From an uncultured Planctomycetota bacterium (lineage in GTDB: Bacteria; Planctomycetota; Planctomycetia; Isosphaerales; Isosphaeraceae), in contig CAVTTN010000002.1 in assembly GCA_963737655.1 (NCBI GenBank), positions 3,072,001-3,136,000 of the forward strand: a DNA stretch of 64,000 bases. Direction: 5' to 3'. This document shows positions 29,585 through 38,544 of this stretch, piece by piece. The translations under genes were made by a program, and so were the position numbers. The notes beneath the pieces were generated by a model, which saw only the letters and a program-made list of their open reading frames with translations, made no database searches and had not been told where the DNA came from. Position 1 is the first letter of the stretch. Every line of letters starts with the position of its first letter.

Positions 29585-31366
29585 TCAGGCGTTGACGGCC
29601 CCCTTCGGGCTGGCCTCGCCGGGTCGGTCCCCCTTGTCCCCTCGGGGGGTCAGCCAGGGGTCGGAATACGGGAACGGCGCGTGGCCGTTGCGGGAGGCGT
29701 CCGCCGCGATCGGCACGCCGAACTCGGGCACCTTGCCCCCTTCGGCGACGCCGAACGCCGGGATCGCCGCGGCCAGCTCGGCCAGGACCGCCCGCGAGCT
29801 GACCGGCCCCTGCCCCTTGCCCGAGAGGATCGCGATCAGGTCCAGGTCGGGCAGGCTGCCGTCTCGGGGAGGCAGGGCCGCCTCCGCGTATTGCAAACGC
29901 CCGTTCGCGTTGACATACGAGCCGGCCTTCTCGGCGAACGTCGCCCCGGCCAGGACCACGTCGGCGGCCTGGGCCAGGGGCGTCACCATCGTGTCGATCA
30001 CGAGCAGGAACGCCGCCTTGCGGAAGGTCGTGGCCTCGGGGTCGCCGAAGGCGGGATCAATCGCGTCGGAGGCCACGACCACGGCCCGGAACTCGCCGCG
30101 ATCGGCCCGGGAGAGGATGGCGGCGAACCCGATCACCTCGCCCTGGAGGCCCTGGAGGACGGCCTCGACCCCCTTGCGGTTCGGGCACTTCTCCGCGTGG
30201 ATCGTGAACGGTCGGGGGACGACGAAGCTGGTGTCGCCGGTCCGTCCTCGGTGCTGGTCGGGCGTGAAGGTCACGTCGTCGCCGAAGACCGGCACGGGGC
30301 CGAGGGCCAGGGTCACGCTCGGGCCGAGCGTCTTGAGGTAGGAGCCGAGGGCGAACGCCTCCTCGACCGTGAGGAACGGCGAGAGCACCCCGCAGATCGC
30401 CCCGCCCTCGTCGGCCGCGCGCTTCAGGCCGTCGCGAGCGAGGCTCACGGCTTGATCGATGGGCGTCGGCCGGAGCTCGACCCCGGCCGCGGGCCGGGCG
30501 TACATCGCCGAGAGCAAGCCGGGGTTGTTCGCCGCCTTGTAGCTGGCCCGGCCCTCGTCGCAGATCCAGTAGTCGTTCACCTCGGGGTTGAACCGGGCCC
30601 GGAACCGCCAGAGCTGGCCGCGATTCTCCTCGGAGGCGATGTTGCAGCCCGTGGAGCAGCGGGTGCAGATGGCGTCGTGCTTGGAGAGGAACCAGAATCG
30701 CTGCTTGTGGAGGAAGTCCTTGTCCAGGAGGGCGCCGACCGGGCAGAGATCGACGACGTTGCCGGCGAGCGGGTTGTCGATCGGGTGGCCGGGGAAGACG
30801 TCGATCTCGGCGTGGTTGCCCCGCCTCATGACCTGGAGCTCGGCCGTCCCGGTGATCTCCCGGGTGAACCGGACGCACCGGGTGCACATGATGCAGCGGT
30901 CTTGATTGAGCTGGATCGCGTCGGAGACGTCCTTGCGGGGGTTGACGGTCCGTTCCTCGACGAAGCGGTGGGCCGCCTGCCCATATTCATAGCTGTAGTC
31001 TTGCAGGCCGCACTGGCCGGCCTGGTCGCAGACGGGGCAATCGAGCGGGTGGTTGATCAGGAGGTACTCCATGATCATCCGCTGATGTTCCTTGACCTTG
31101 GGGCTGTCGGTGACGAGGACGGTCCCGTCCTTGGCCGGGGTCTGGCAGCCCGGGACCATCTTGGGGACCATCTTGACCTCGCCGGTCTTGGGGTCCTTGC
31201 TGCCGACCTCGATCTCGCACATCCGGCAGTTGGCGACGACCGAGAGCGCCGGGTGCCAGCAGTAGTAGGGGATGTCGTGGCCGAACCGCTGGGCCGCCTG
31301 GATGGCGTTCAGCTTCTCCCCCTCGGGGAGGGTGTATTCGGTTCCGTTGATGAGGATCGTCGCCAT
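29585..31366 (-). CDS. nuoG: NADH-quinone oxidoreductase subunit G (short form, 593 aa)
   Basis: IPYYCWH..CRMC, HPLDCPVCDQAGQC, CIMCTRC, DLCPVGAL and CTRCSTGC..CDEGR; true start MATILING at 31366. Confidence 0.92.
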   Translation of the reverse strand: MATILINGTEYTLPEGEKLNAIQAAQRFGHDIPYYCWHPALSVVANCRMCEIEVGSKDPKTGEVKMVPKMVPGCQTPAKDGTVLVTDSPKVKEHQRMIMEYLLINHPLDCPVCDQAGQCGLQDYSYEYGQAAHRFVEERTVNPRKDVSDAIQLNQDRCIMCTRCVRFTREITGTAELQVMRRGNHAEIDVFPGHPIDNPLAGNVVDLCPVGALLDKDFLHKQRFWFLSKHDAICTRCSTGCNIASEENRGQLWRFRARFNPEVNDYWICDEGRASYKAANNPGLLSAMYARPAAGVELRPTPIDQAVSLARDGLKRAADEGGAICGVLSPFLTVEEAFALGSYLKTLGPSVTLALGPVPVFGDDVTFTPDQHRGRTGDTSFVVPRPFTIHAEKCPNRKGVEAVLQGLQGEVIGFAAILSRADRGEFRAVVVASDAIDPAFGDPEATTFRKAAFLLVIDTMVTPLAQAADVVLAGATFAEKAGSYVNANGRLQYAEAALPPRDGSLPDLDLIAILSGKGQGPVSSRAVLAELAAAIPAFGVAEGGKVPEFGVPIAADASRNGHAPFPYSDPWLTPRGDKGDRPGEASPKGAVNA

Positions 31367-31404
31367 CGGGACCTCGGAGGAGGAGACGGTATCCGCGGGG
31401 AATG

Positions 31405-32811
31405 TCAGGCGTGGGCCGTGGCCCGGGTGGACAGGTCGGGGCCGGGCAGGCCGCGGGTGGGCTCGGGCAACGGGGTCCCCATCAGGTCGGCCCTCTGGCC
31501 GTGGGCGATCGCTTCCTGGAGCGGGGTTACGGCCCTTGCCGGAGACCGGTTGGTCCTGATGAAGTCCTCGAGCTCGCCCCGGAATTTGGCCACCGCGTTG
31601 CGGATCGGCCAGCCGGCCCCGTCGGCCAGGCCGCAGATGGTCGTGCCGGGCATGATGCCCATGTTCTTGGCGAGGTTGTCCATCAGGTCGAGGTCCTCGA
31701 GCCGGCCGCCCCCGCCCTTGATCCGCTTCATCATCTTGTAGAGCCAGCCCGTCCCCTCCCGGCAGGGGGTGCACTGGCCGCAGCTCTCGTGGGCGAAGAA
31801 CCGGCAGGTGTTGTAGAGGTAATCGACGATGCTCGTCGTCTCGTCCATGACCGTGACGGCGGCCGTGCCCAGGCCCAGGCAGCCGGTCTTGCGGATGTCC
31901 TCGAAGTCGAGCTTCACGTCGAATTCCTCGGCCGAGAGCAGCCCCATGCTGATCCCTCCGGGCACCGCCATCTTCCCCTTGCGGTTCTTCCAGATCCCGC
32001 CGGCATGCTCGCGGATCAGCTCGTTGGTCGTCACCCCGAGCGGCAGCTCCACGCAGACCTGCTTGTTCACATGACCCGAGACGCAGTAGAGCTTCGGCCC
32101 GTAGCTCTTGGGCGTGCCCATCGACTTGAACCAGTCGGCGCCTCGCTCGATGATGTGGGGGACGCAGGCCAACGTCTCGACATTGTTCACGACCGTCGGC
32201 TTGCGGAAGGCGCCTTCGATGGCGGGGAAAGGCGGCTTGATCCGCGGCCAGCCCCTCTTGCCTTCGAGGCTCTCGATCAGCCCGGTCTCCTCGCCGCAGA
32301 TGTACGCCCCGGCCCCCCGGTGGCAGTAGACCTCCAGGTCGAAGCCCGAGCCATAGATGTTCTTGCCCAGGTGCCCGGCGGCGCGGGCCTCGGCGATGGC
32401 GCGTTCCATGATGCGGAACGCATGGATGTATTCGAAGCGCAGGTAGACGTAAGCCGTCGTCGCCTTGGTGGCGAAGCAGCCGATCAGGATGCCTTCGAGG
32501 AACTGGTGGGGGTCCTTCTCGATCAGCAGGCGGTTGTTGAAGGTGGCCGGCTCGCTCTCGTCGCCGTTGACGCACATGAACGTCTGCGTGCGGTCCCTGG
32601 GCAGGAAGCCCCACTTCATCCCGGTGGGGAAGCCGGCGCCGCCCCGGCCGCGAAGCTCGGAATCCTTCACGACCTGGACGACCTTGTCCGGGTCCATCTG
32701 CGTGAGCGCCTGGCGGCTCGCCCGATAGCCCCCCCGCGACTCGTACACGGGGAGCGTGTGCGAGTCCGGGACGTTCCAGTTGCGGGTCAGGACGGGTTCG
32801 AAGGCGGCCAA
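31405..32811 (-). CDS. nuoF: NADH-quinone oxidoreductase subunit F
   Basis: LRGRGGAGFPTGMKW, GAGAYICGEET and ESCGQCTPCREG; TTG start. Confidence 0.96.
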   Translation of the reverse strand: MAAFEPVLTRNWNVPDSHTLPVYESRGGYRASRQALTQMDPDKVVQVVKDSELRGRGGAGFPTGMKWGFLPRDRTQTFMCVNGDESEPATFNNRLLIEKDPHQFLEGILIGCFATKATTAYVYLRFEYIHAFRIMERAIAEARAAGHLGKNIYGSGFDLEVYCHRGAGAYICGEETGLIESLEGKRGWPRIKPPFPAIEGAFRKPTVVNNVETLACVPHIIERGADWFKSMGTPKSYGPKLYCVSGHVNKQVCVELPLGVTTNELIREHAGGIWKNRKGKMAVPGGISMGLLSAEEFDVKLDFEDIRKTGCLGLGTAAVTVMDETTSIVDYLYNTCRFFAHESCGQCTPCREGTGWLYKMMKRIKGGGGRLEDLDLMDNLAKNMGIMPGTTICGLADGAGWPIRNAVAKFRGELEDFIRTNRSPARAVTPLQEAIAHGQRADLMGTPLPEPTRGLPGPDLSTRATAHA

Positions 32812-32868
32812 GGCGTCACCCCATGTCGAGATTCGAGTCCTGGGCGGAGGTTACAGGCAGACGGTGGA

Positions 32869-33216
32869 TTAACCGACCTGGACCTCTCCGAGTTCGTGCT
32901 TTCGGATGAGACGGGACGTCTGGTCGTCCTCGAACGCGTCGTGAGGAGGTCCGACGAGGATCCGGCCGGCGGCCTTCAAGTGAGGGATCGCATGGATCAG
33001 GAATCCCATGAGGGCGCCGCTGGCTTCTTCCGTGGTTCGAGCCTGGGGGGACGAAACCACCTGATTCAGTCGGCCGAGGTCGTCGAGCCAGTCGGTCATG
33101 TGGAAGATGAAATCGAAGCGGAGCCGAGCGTAGTCTTGGTCCGAGAGGGTCGCTCGATCGTCGGCATAGGCGTCGTCGAAGACCCGCCCGAGAAGCGTCG
33201 CATAGGGATCATCCAT
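32869..33216 (-). CDS. hypothetical protein (115 aa, acidic; candidate antitoxin/immunity protein)
   Basis: MDDPYATLLGRVF...FDFIFHMTDWLDDL...FLIHAIPHLKAAGRIL; the start overlaps the upstream stop by 8 bp. Confidence 0.7.
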   Translation of the reverse strand: MDDPYATLLGRVFDDAYADDRATLSDQDYARLRFDFIFHMTDWLDDLGRLNQVVSSPQARTTEEASGALMGFLIHAIPHLKAAGRILVGPPHDAFEDDQTSRLIRKHELGEVQVG

Positions 33217-33451
33217 CGTCCACTCCCGCGTCTCGTTCCCATTGCCCGATCCGGTCGATCCACATCTGCCCGGTCCGCCTCCCGACGAGTCTCGACAGCT
33301 CACGCATCCCGCCGAGAAAGGCCTTTAACTCGCCCCTCCAGTGATCGGACGCGGGATGGGTCGGGTCGGCGGCGAGCTTTTCCAGGTGCCTCTCTACTTC
33401 CCCAACGAGTTCCTCGATGCCATCCAGTGCCCTCTTTCGACCGATTCCCAT
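33209..33451 (-). CDS. hypothetical protein (80 aa; candidate toxin)
   Basis: ATG 9 bp after the nuoE stop; helical sequence with ERHLEKL..P..DHWRGEL. Confidence 0.7.
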   Translation of the reverse strand: MGIGRKRALDGIEELVGEVERHLEKLAADPTHPASDHWRGELKAFLGGMRELSRLVGRRTGQMWIDRIGQWERDAGVDDG

Positions 33452-33460
33452 CAGAGATGC

Positions 33461-34075
33461 CTAGATCTTCTCATCCCGGGTTGTCACGTCCGGCCCGGAG
33501 GCCGCCGGCGGGGCGCCCGCGTGGGGGCCGGAGACGATCGGGCCGATCGTGTCGTCGGCGATCGGCCCCTTGCGGAGCTCGACGATCATGGCATCGACCT
33601 TGTCCTCGGTCAACGGGCCGAAGATCCGGCCGTCGTCGGCGAGGGCGGCCGGCGCGAAGTCGCAGATCCCCAGGCATTCGGCGAACTCGACGGTGATCTT
33701 GCCGTCCTTGGTGGTCTGGCCCGAGGTGATCCCCAGGTGCTGGCAGGCGTGGGCGAGCATCTCCTCGCCCCCGGTCAGCATGCAGGAGATCGACCGGCAG
33801 ATCCAGACGCGGACGTCGCCCAGGGGCGCCTGCGGGAAGAACCCGTAGAAGCTCATCGTGTCGTGGACTTCGGCCGGCGAGATCTCCAGGATCTCGGCGA
33901 TCTCGGCCATCGCCCCGTACGGCACGCAGCGGAAGTGCTCGTGGACGATGTGGAGGGCCGGGAGGGTCACGGCCTTCTTGTCCGGGTAGCGGGGGATGTA
34001 CGCGCGGATCTTCTCCCGAATCGGCTCGGAGAGGAACGGCAGCCTGGTCGGGGCGCTCAAGGCTTCGGCGGGCAT
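33461..34075 (-). CDS. nuoE: NADH-quinone oxidoreductase subunit E
   Basis: CRSISC..ECLGICDFAP 2Fe-2S motif and SFYGFF. Confidence 0.94.
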   Translation of the reverse strand: MPAEALSAPTRLPFLSEPIREKIRAYIPRYPDKKAVTLPALHIVHEHFRCVPYGAMAEIAEILEISPAEVHDTMSFYGFFPQAPLGDVRVWICRSISCMLTGGEEMLAHACQHLGITSGQTTKDGKITVEFAECLGICDFAPAALADDGRIFGPLTEDKVDAMIVELRKGPIADDTIGPIVSGPHAGAPPAASGPDVTTRDEKI

Positions 34076-34097
34076 CTCGGTCGGGTCCTCCCCTGCC

Positions 34098-35324
34098 TCA
34101 GCGGTCGAGTTCGGCGGCGATCACGTTCAGGCTCCCGAGCACCGCCACGATGTCGGCGATCAGGTGGTCCTGGATCAAGTACGGGAAGACGCTGAAGTGG
34201 ATGAACGACGGCGGTCGCGTCCGGGTCCGCCAGCCGGTCTGGCTGCCGTCGGTCACGAGGTAGTAGCCGAGCTCGCCGTTGGGCGACTCGACGGCCGCGT
34301 AGATCTCGTCCTTGGGCGACTCCATCCCCCGGTTGGGCATGATCAGCTCGAAGTGCTGGATCAGCCCCTCCATGCTGTTGTACGCGGTCGCCTTGTCGGG
34401 CAGGGGGAACTTCTCGGCGATCGGCACGTTGACCGGGCCGCCGGGGAGTTTGGCCATCGCCTGCTGGATGATCCGATAGCTCTGGTTCATCTCCTCCATG
34501 CGGACCTGGAAGCGGGCGTAGCAATCCCCCTCGGTCGCATAGGGCACGTCGAACTCGAAGTCGGGGTAGGCCAGGTACGGCTTGTCCTTGCGGAGGTCGT
34601 ACAGGACGCCGCTGGCCCGGGCGATCGGCCCGGTGCACGAATAATTCAACGCCTCGGCCTTCGGCAGGACGCCCACGCCCCTCATCCGGTCGAGGAAGAT
34701 CCGGTTGCGGAACAGGAGCTTCTCCATGTCCTTCAAGGCCAGCGGCAGGCTCTCCATGAGCTTGCGGATGCGGCCGAGGACCTTGTCCGTGAAGTCGTAC
34801 AGGACGCCGCCGACCCGCGTGTAGCCCGGGTGGAAGCGGTAGCCGGACATCTCCTCATACACGTCGTAGATCAATTCTCGCTGATTGAAGGCGTAGAGGA
34901 ACGCGGTGAACGCCCCCAGGTCCAGGGCGGCGGCCCCGGTGCAGAGCAGGTGGTCGCTGATCCTCGACAATTCGCCGATGATCACGCGAATATACTTGCA
35001 CCGTTCGGTCAGCTCGATCCCCAGCAGGGTCTCGACGGCGTTGTGCCAGGCGATCTCGTTGTACGGCGGGCTGATGTAGTTCTTGCGGTCGGCGATCGTC
35101 ACGTACTGGTTGAAATTCAGGTGCTCGCCGAGCTTCTCGAAGCCGGAATGGAGGTAGCCGATGTGCGGCGTGGCCTTGACGATCCGCTCGCCATCGAGCT
35201 CCAGGATGATGCGCAGGGTGGTGTGGGTCGCCGGGTGCTGCGGCCCGAAGTTCAGGGTCCAGTGGTATTCCTTGTCGCCCGGGGGAGCGTCGAGTTCGGG
35301 CTCGTCGAGCAGGTTGACCGGCAT
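34098..35324 (-). CDS. nuoD: NADH-quinone oxidoreductase subunit D
   Basis: LNFGPQHPATH, GYLHSGFEK, ESPNGELG and C-terminal ELDR. Confidence 0.96.
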   Translation of the reverse strand: MPVNLLDEPELDAPPGDKEYHWTLNFGPQHPATHTTLRIILELDGERIVKATPHIGYLHSGFEKLGEHLNFNQYVTIADRKNYISPPYNEIAWHNAVETLLGIELTERCKYIRVIIGELSRISDHLLCTGAAALDLGAFTAFLYAFNQRELIYDVYEEMSGYRFHPGYTRVGGVLYDFTDKVLGRIRKLMESLPLALKDMEKLLFRNRIFLDRMRGVGVLPKAEALNYSCTGPIARASGVLYDLRKDKPYLAYPDFEFDVPYATEGDCYARFQVRMEEMNQSYRIIQQAMAKLPGGPVNVPIAEKFPLPDKATAYNSMEGLIQHFELIMPNRGMESPKDEIYAAVESPNGELGYYLVTDGSQTGWRTRTRPPSFIHFSVFPYLIQDHLIADIVAVLGSLNVIAAELDR

Positions 35325-35369
35325 CGTGAAGCTCTCGATTCGGACAGGGGCGGGCCAGGGGCGGTGCGA

Positions 35370-35891
35370 TCAGGACTCGCCTCGGGTGATCCTCGGGAAG
35401 TTGTGCCGCTCGCCCCGACCCCGGAGCGGATAATCCTTGCGGAGAGGGAACGCCGTGAACTCATCGGGCATGAGGATCCGGCGGAGGTCGGGATGCCCGT
35501 CGAACTTGATCCCGTACATGTCGAAGACCTCCCTCTCCATCCAGTCGGCCCCCATCCACAGGGAGACGACCGAGGGAAGCGTCGGCTCGGGGTCGTCCAC
35601 GCCGGCCTTGACCACGAGCATCTCGTCGGTGTCGAGGTTGCGAACGACGTAATGGACCTCGAACCGGGCGCCGGTCCGCCCGGGATATTTGAGGTAATCC
35701 GTGGCGCCGAGCTCGGCCAGGAGGGCGAACCCGCGACCCTTCAGGGCTTCCAGCGCCGCGAACAACCGACCGGGCGGGACGGTCACCCGGACGTTGTCCC
35801 GGAACGTGGCGGTCGCGAAGCCATCGCCGACGACGGCGCGGAGGGCGTCCACGGTCGTCGGGCCAGGGTCGGCGGCGGTCCCGGTGCTCAT
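35370..35891 (-). CDS. nuoC: NADH-quinone oxidoreductase subunit C
   Basis: WMEREVFDMYGIKFDGHPDLRRIL..PLRKDYP. Confidence 0.95.
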   Translation of the reverse strand: MSTGTAADPGPTTVDALRAVVGDGFATATFRDNVRVTVPPGRLFAALEALKGRGFALLAELGATDYLKYPGRTGARFEVHYVVRNLDTDEMLVVKAGVDDPEPTLPSVVSLWMGADWMEREVFDMYGIKFDGHPDLRRILMPDEFTAFPLRKDYPLRGRGERHNFPRITRGES

Positions 35892-35933
35892 CTCGGATCG
35901 GGCCTCGAAGGTTCGTCTCTCTGGATCCCGGGC

Positions 35934-36668
35934 CTACTTCGTGTCGCCGGCGCCCAGGGACGCGGCGCCCCCGGGCAGGCGATAGCCGAAGCGGTCCTCG
36001 TCGGCCCGTTCGCCGGTCAGGGCGAAGCCGGGCCTGAGCCTCTGCTCCTGGAGCATCTTCTCGCGTTCGCCCAGCTCGGGCAGGCCGGTCCCGGCGATCG
36101 TCCCGCCGGCCTGCACCTTGTCCTGCATGTCCATCAGGGCCCGGAGGATCTGCTCGGGCCGCGGCGGGCAGCCGGGGATGTAGACATCGACCGGGATGAA
36201 CCGATCCACGCCCTGGACCACGGCATACGTGTCGAACACGCCGCCCGTGCAGGCGCAGGCCCCCATGCTGATCGACCATTTCGGCTCGGGCATCTGGAGC
36301 CAGATCCGCTGGAGGACCGGCATCATCTTCATCGACACCCGCCCGGCCACGATCAACAGGTCGCATTGCCGGGGGCTGAACCGCATGACCTCCGCGCCGA
36401 ACCGGGCGATGTCGAACCGGCTGGCGCCCACGGCCATGAGCTCGATCCCGCAGCAGGCGGTGGCGAACGGCATGGGCCAGAGGCTGAATTTCCGCCCGGC
36501 GTTGACGATCGGGTTGGCCCCCAGCTTCTCCGCCATGCCGTTGATGAACGTCGAGAGCTTGGTGACGATGGTGTTTTCCGGGACCTCGACCCCCCCGGGC
36601 AACAGGCCGGACTTGGCCGGGCCGTTGGTGAGGATCGCCGGGCCGGGGGTTCCGGGTGTTATCGCCAT
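35934..36668 (-). CDS. nuoB: NADH-quinone oxidoreductase subunit B
   Basis: ACCGIE, SMGAC and [10 protein letters not shown]. Confidence 0.96.
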   Translation of the reverse strand: MAITPGTPGPAILTNGPAKSGLLPGGVEVPENTIVTKLSTFINGMAEKLGANPIVNAGRKFSLWPMPFATACCGIELMAVGASRFDIARFGAEVMRFSPRQCDLLIVAGRVSMKMMPVLQRIWLQMPEPKWSISMGACACTGGVFDTYAVVQGVDRFIPVDVYIPGCPPRPEQILRALMDMQDKVQAGGTIAGTGLPELGEREKMLQEQRLRPGFALTGERADEDRFGYRLPGGAASLGAGDTK

Positions 36669-37087
36669 TCAAAAACCCCCTTCTTCCACGCGTATGCGAA
36701 CGCCGCCGTGAGGACCGCGACGAACACCAGGATCTCGCCGAAGACCAGCCCGCGGAACTCGACCGGGATGCCGATCCCCAGGACCGGGGCCGAGGCGGAC
36801 GGGACGCCTCCGGCGGGGGCGTCGGCGCTCCACTGGGCCACGGCCCAGGGATAGAGGAACAGGAGCTCGACGTCGAAGAGCAGGAAGACGATCGCCACGA
36901 GGTAATAGCGGACGTCGAACCGCTGGCGGGCGTCGCCGATCGGGTCCATGCCCGACTCATACGGCATCTGCTTGACGGCCGTCTTCTTCCTCGGGCCGAC
37001 CAGGGCCGTGCCGATCATCCCCACGGCGACGGAGATCGCCACGAGGATGAACAGGAAGATCGGCGTGAACTCGCTACCGCTGCCCAT
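36659..37087 (-). CDS. nuoA: NADH-quinone oxidoreductase subunit A
   Basis: [19 protein letters not shown] and [10 protein letters not shown]; start MGSGSEF. Confidence 0.93.
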   Translation of the reverse strand: MGSGSEFTPIFLFILVAISVAVGMIGTALVGPRKKTAVKQMPYESGMDPIGDARQRFDVRYYLVAIVFLLFDVELLFLYPWAVAQWSADAPAGGVPSASAPVLGIGIPVEFRGLVFGEILVFVAVLTAAFAYAWKKGVFEWR

Positions 37088-37121
37088 GTCTGGTCGCGCC
37101 CCTGGGGGCCGGCGGGTGGCC

Positions 37122-37139
37122 TTGTGAAGTGTTTCACAA
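37122..37139. promoter_or_regulatory. Rex (or CRP-family) operator upstream of nuoA
   Basis: Perfect palindrome TTGTGAA-GTGT-TTCACAA about 35 bp upstream of the nuoA ATG. Confidence 0.8.
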
Positions 37140-37148
37140 AGTCGTCCC

Positions 37149-37174
37149 AAAAAAAACCCAGCGGATCGCCGGGC
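37149..37174 (-). terminator. intrinsic terminator-like hairpin with U8 tract
   Basis: Minus strand GCCCGGCG-ATC-CGCTGGGT running into a T8 tract (37156-37149). Confidence 0.5.
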
Positions 37175-37276
37175 TGCCCTCGCCGCGGATACCATAGCCG
37201 CGGCGAGGGCCCGATGCAAGAGACTGGTGGATCGAGGCCGCCGGATTGGCCGCCGGCCCGTCCCGCTCCCCTCATC

Positions 37277-38164
37277 TCAGCGCGGGGGGGCCGGGGGAAT
37301 CGCCGAGCCGCCGGAGGTCGGGGCGGCGGAGCTGGCCCGCCTCTGGTCGAATTCCCGAGACCTTTGGAGGGTCCGCTCCGGCGTGCTGGTCCCGGTCCGC
37401 GATCGCGTCGTGGGCAGCGTAGGGGGCGGAGGGATCGCCCCGCCGCGGCCGGCCGGGGTCGTCGAGCGGGCCGGCTTCGTCGAATCGGCCGACGGCAGGG
37501 CCGGGGCGCGGGGGGCGGTCGTGTTCGCGCGGGCCTGGGAGGCCCGGCTCGGCAGGTTGCCGGTCCGCCGGCCGGTCCAGGTCGAGGCCCGCGACGTACT
37601 CCCGGGCAGGGCGGGCGCCGGAGGGATCGAGCGGGTCGAACCGGTCAGGGGACGTCGGACCGACAGGCTCACGTCCCGGTTCTTGGCCCGGGCCTCGACT
37701 TCCAGCTTGCGGATCAGCTCGTCCCTCTTCTTCGGGTCGGTCTCTTTCCGGGCCTCTTCCAGCTTGCGTTCGAGGTCGAGCCGATCGCGGTAGTATTTCT
37801 CGTCGGCGTCTCCGTTGGTGACCGGGCCGCGATCCTGGGTCTGGAACGCGGCGTCGTATCGGCCGCCCCGTCCTCCGCGGGTCGGCGGGGCGAACAGGTC
37901 GCCGGGATCGGCCGGATCGCCGTTTTCCAGGTAGCGCTGGAACTGGTTCACGCCCGAGAGGCCGTTGCCGTACCGGACCGCGTTGGGCAACGACGGATTG
38001 TTGCCGGCCCCCGGGAATGCGAAGGAGCGATAGGGGGCGGAGTACGGGTCGAAACCGGGCGGTTCGGTCGTCTGCTGGGCCTGGGCGGTGCCGATCAGGG
38101 CCGCCGAGCCCGCCAGGACTGCCGCCACGGCCGTCCGACAGAACCAGGGCTGGAGACTCCCCAT
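37277..38164 (-). CDS. secreted low-complexity hypothetical protein
   Basis: Signal-peptide-like AVAAVLAGSAALIGTAQA, a short coiled coil, and a Pro/Thr/Arg/Ala-rich tail. Confidence 0.65.
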   Translation of the reverse strand: MGSLQPWFCRTAVAAVLAGSAALIGTAQAQQTTEPPGFDPYSAPYRSFAFPGAGNNPSLPNAVRYGNGLSGVNQFQRYLENGDPADPGDLFAPPTRGGRGGRYDAAFQTQDRGPVTNGDADEKYYRDRLDLERKLEEARKETDPKKRDELIRKLEVEARAKNRDVSLSVRRPLTGSTRSIPPAPALPGSTSRASTWTGRRTGNLPSRASQARANTTAPRAPALPSADSTKPARSTTPAGRGGAIPPPPTLPTTRSRTGTSTPERTLQRSREFDQRRASSAAPTSGGSAIPPAPPR

Positions 38165-38544
38165 CGTTCCGCTCCTTCCTTCCTCGGGTCACGGGCCGAA
38201 AGTCGTTCGGTTTCCCAGAGAAGAACAGGCAAACCCGATACCAGGCCATCGACGAGATCGAGGCCAGCGATCGCGGGCCGGAGGATCGCTTCGGAGCCGG
38301 TCAAGCCCCGCCCAATCACCGGTCCGGCGACCGGGCGGAATCCCACGTTGTAGTGTACCACATCGCTCGATCCCCCCGCCACGACCTGGAAGCCGCAACT
38401 TTGGACTTCGGAATTTCCCCGTCTACCGAGTGGCCATCGGCCTCGGATGGGATATGATGGGGGACGCGACGGCCCGGAGCCGCCTCCGCCCTCTCGACGG
38501 GTCGGACGGCGTGGGTCCGGGCGGACGGCTCGGGGGACTCCACG

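Noticed and set aside
29585..32614. 1009-aa ORF suggesting an N-terminally extended or fused NuoG
   Set aside because: The extension is an off-frame overlap of nuoF; NuoG homology starts at 31366.
32820..33460. IS element within the nuo operon
   Set aside because: No transposase, terminal inverted repeats or target-site duplication visible.
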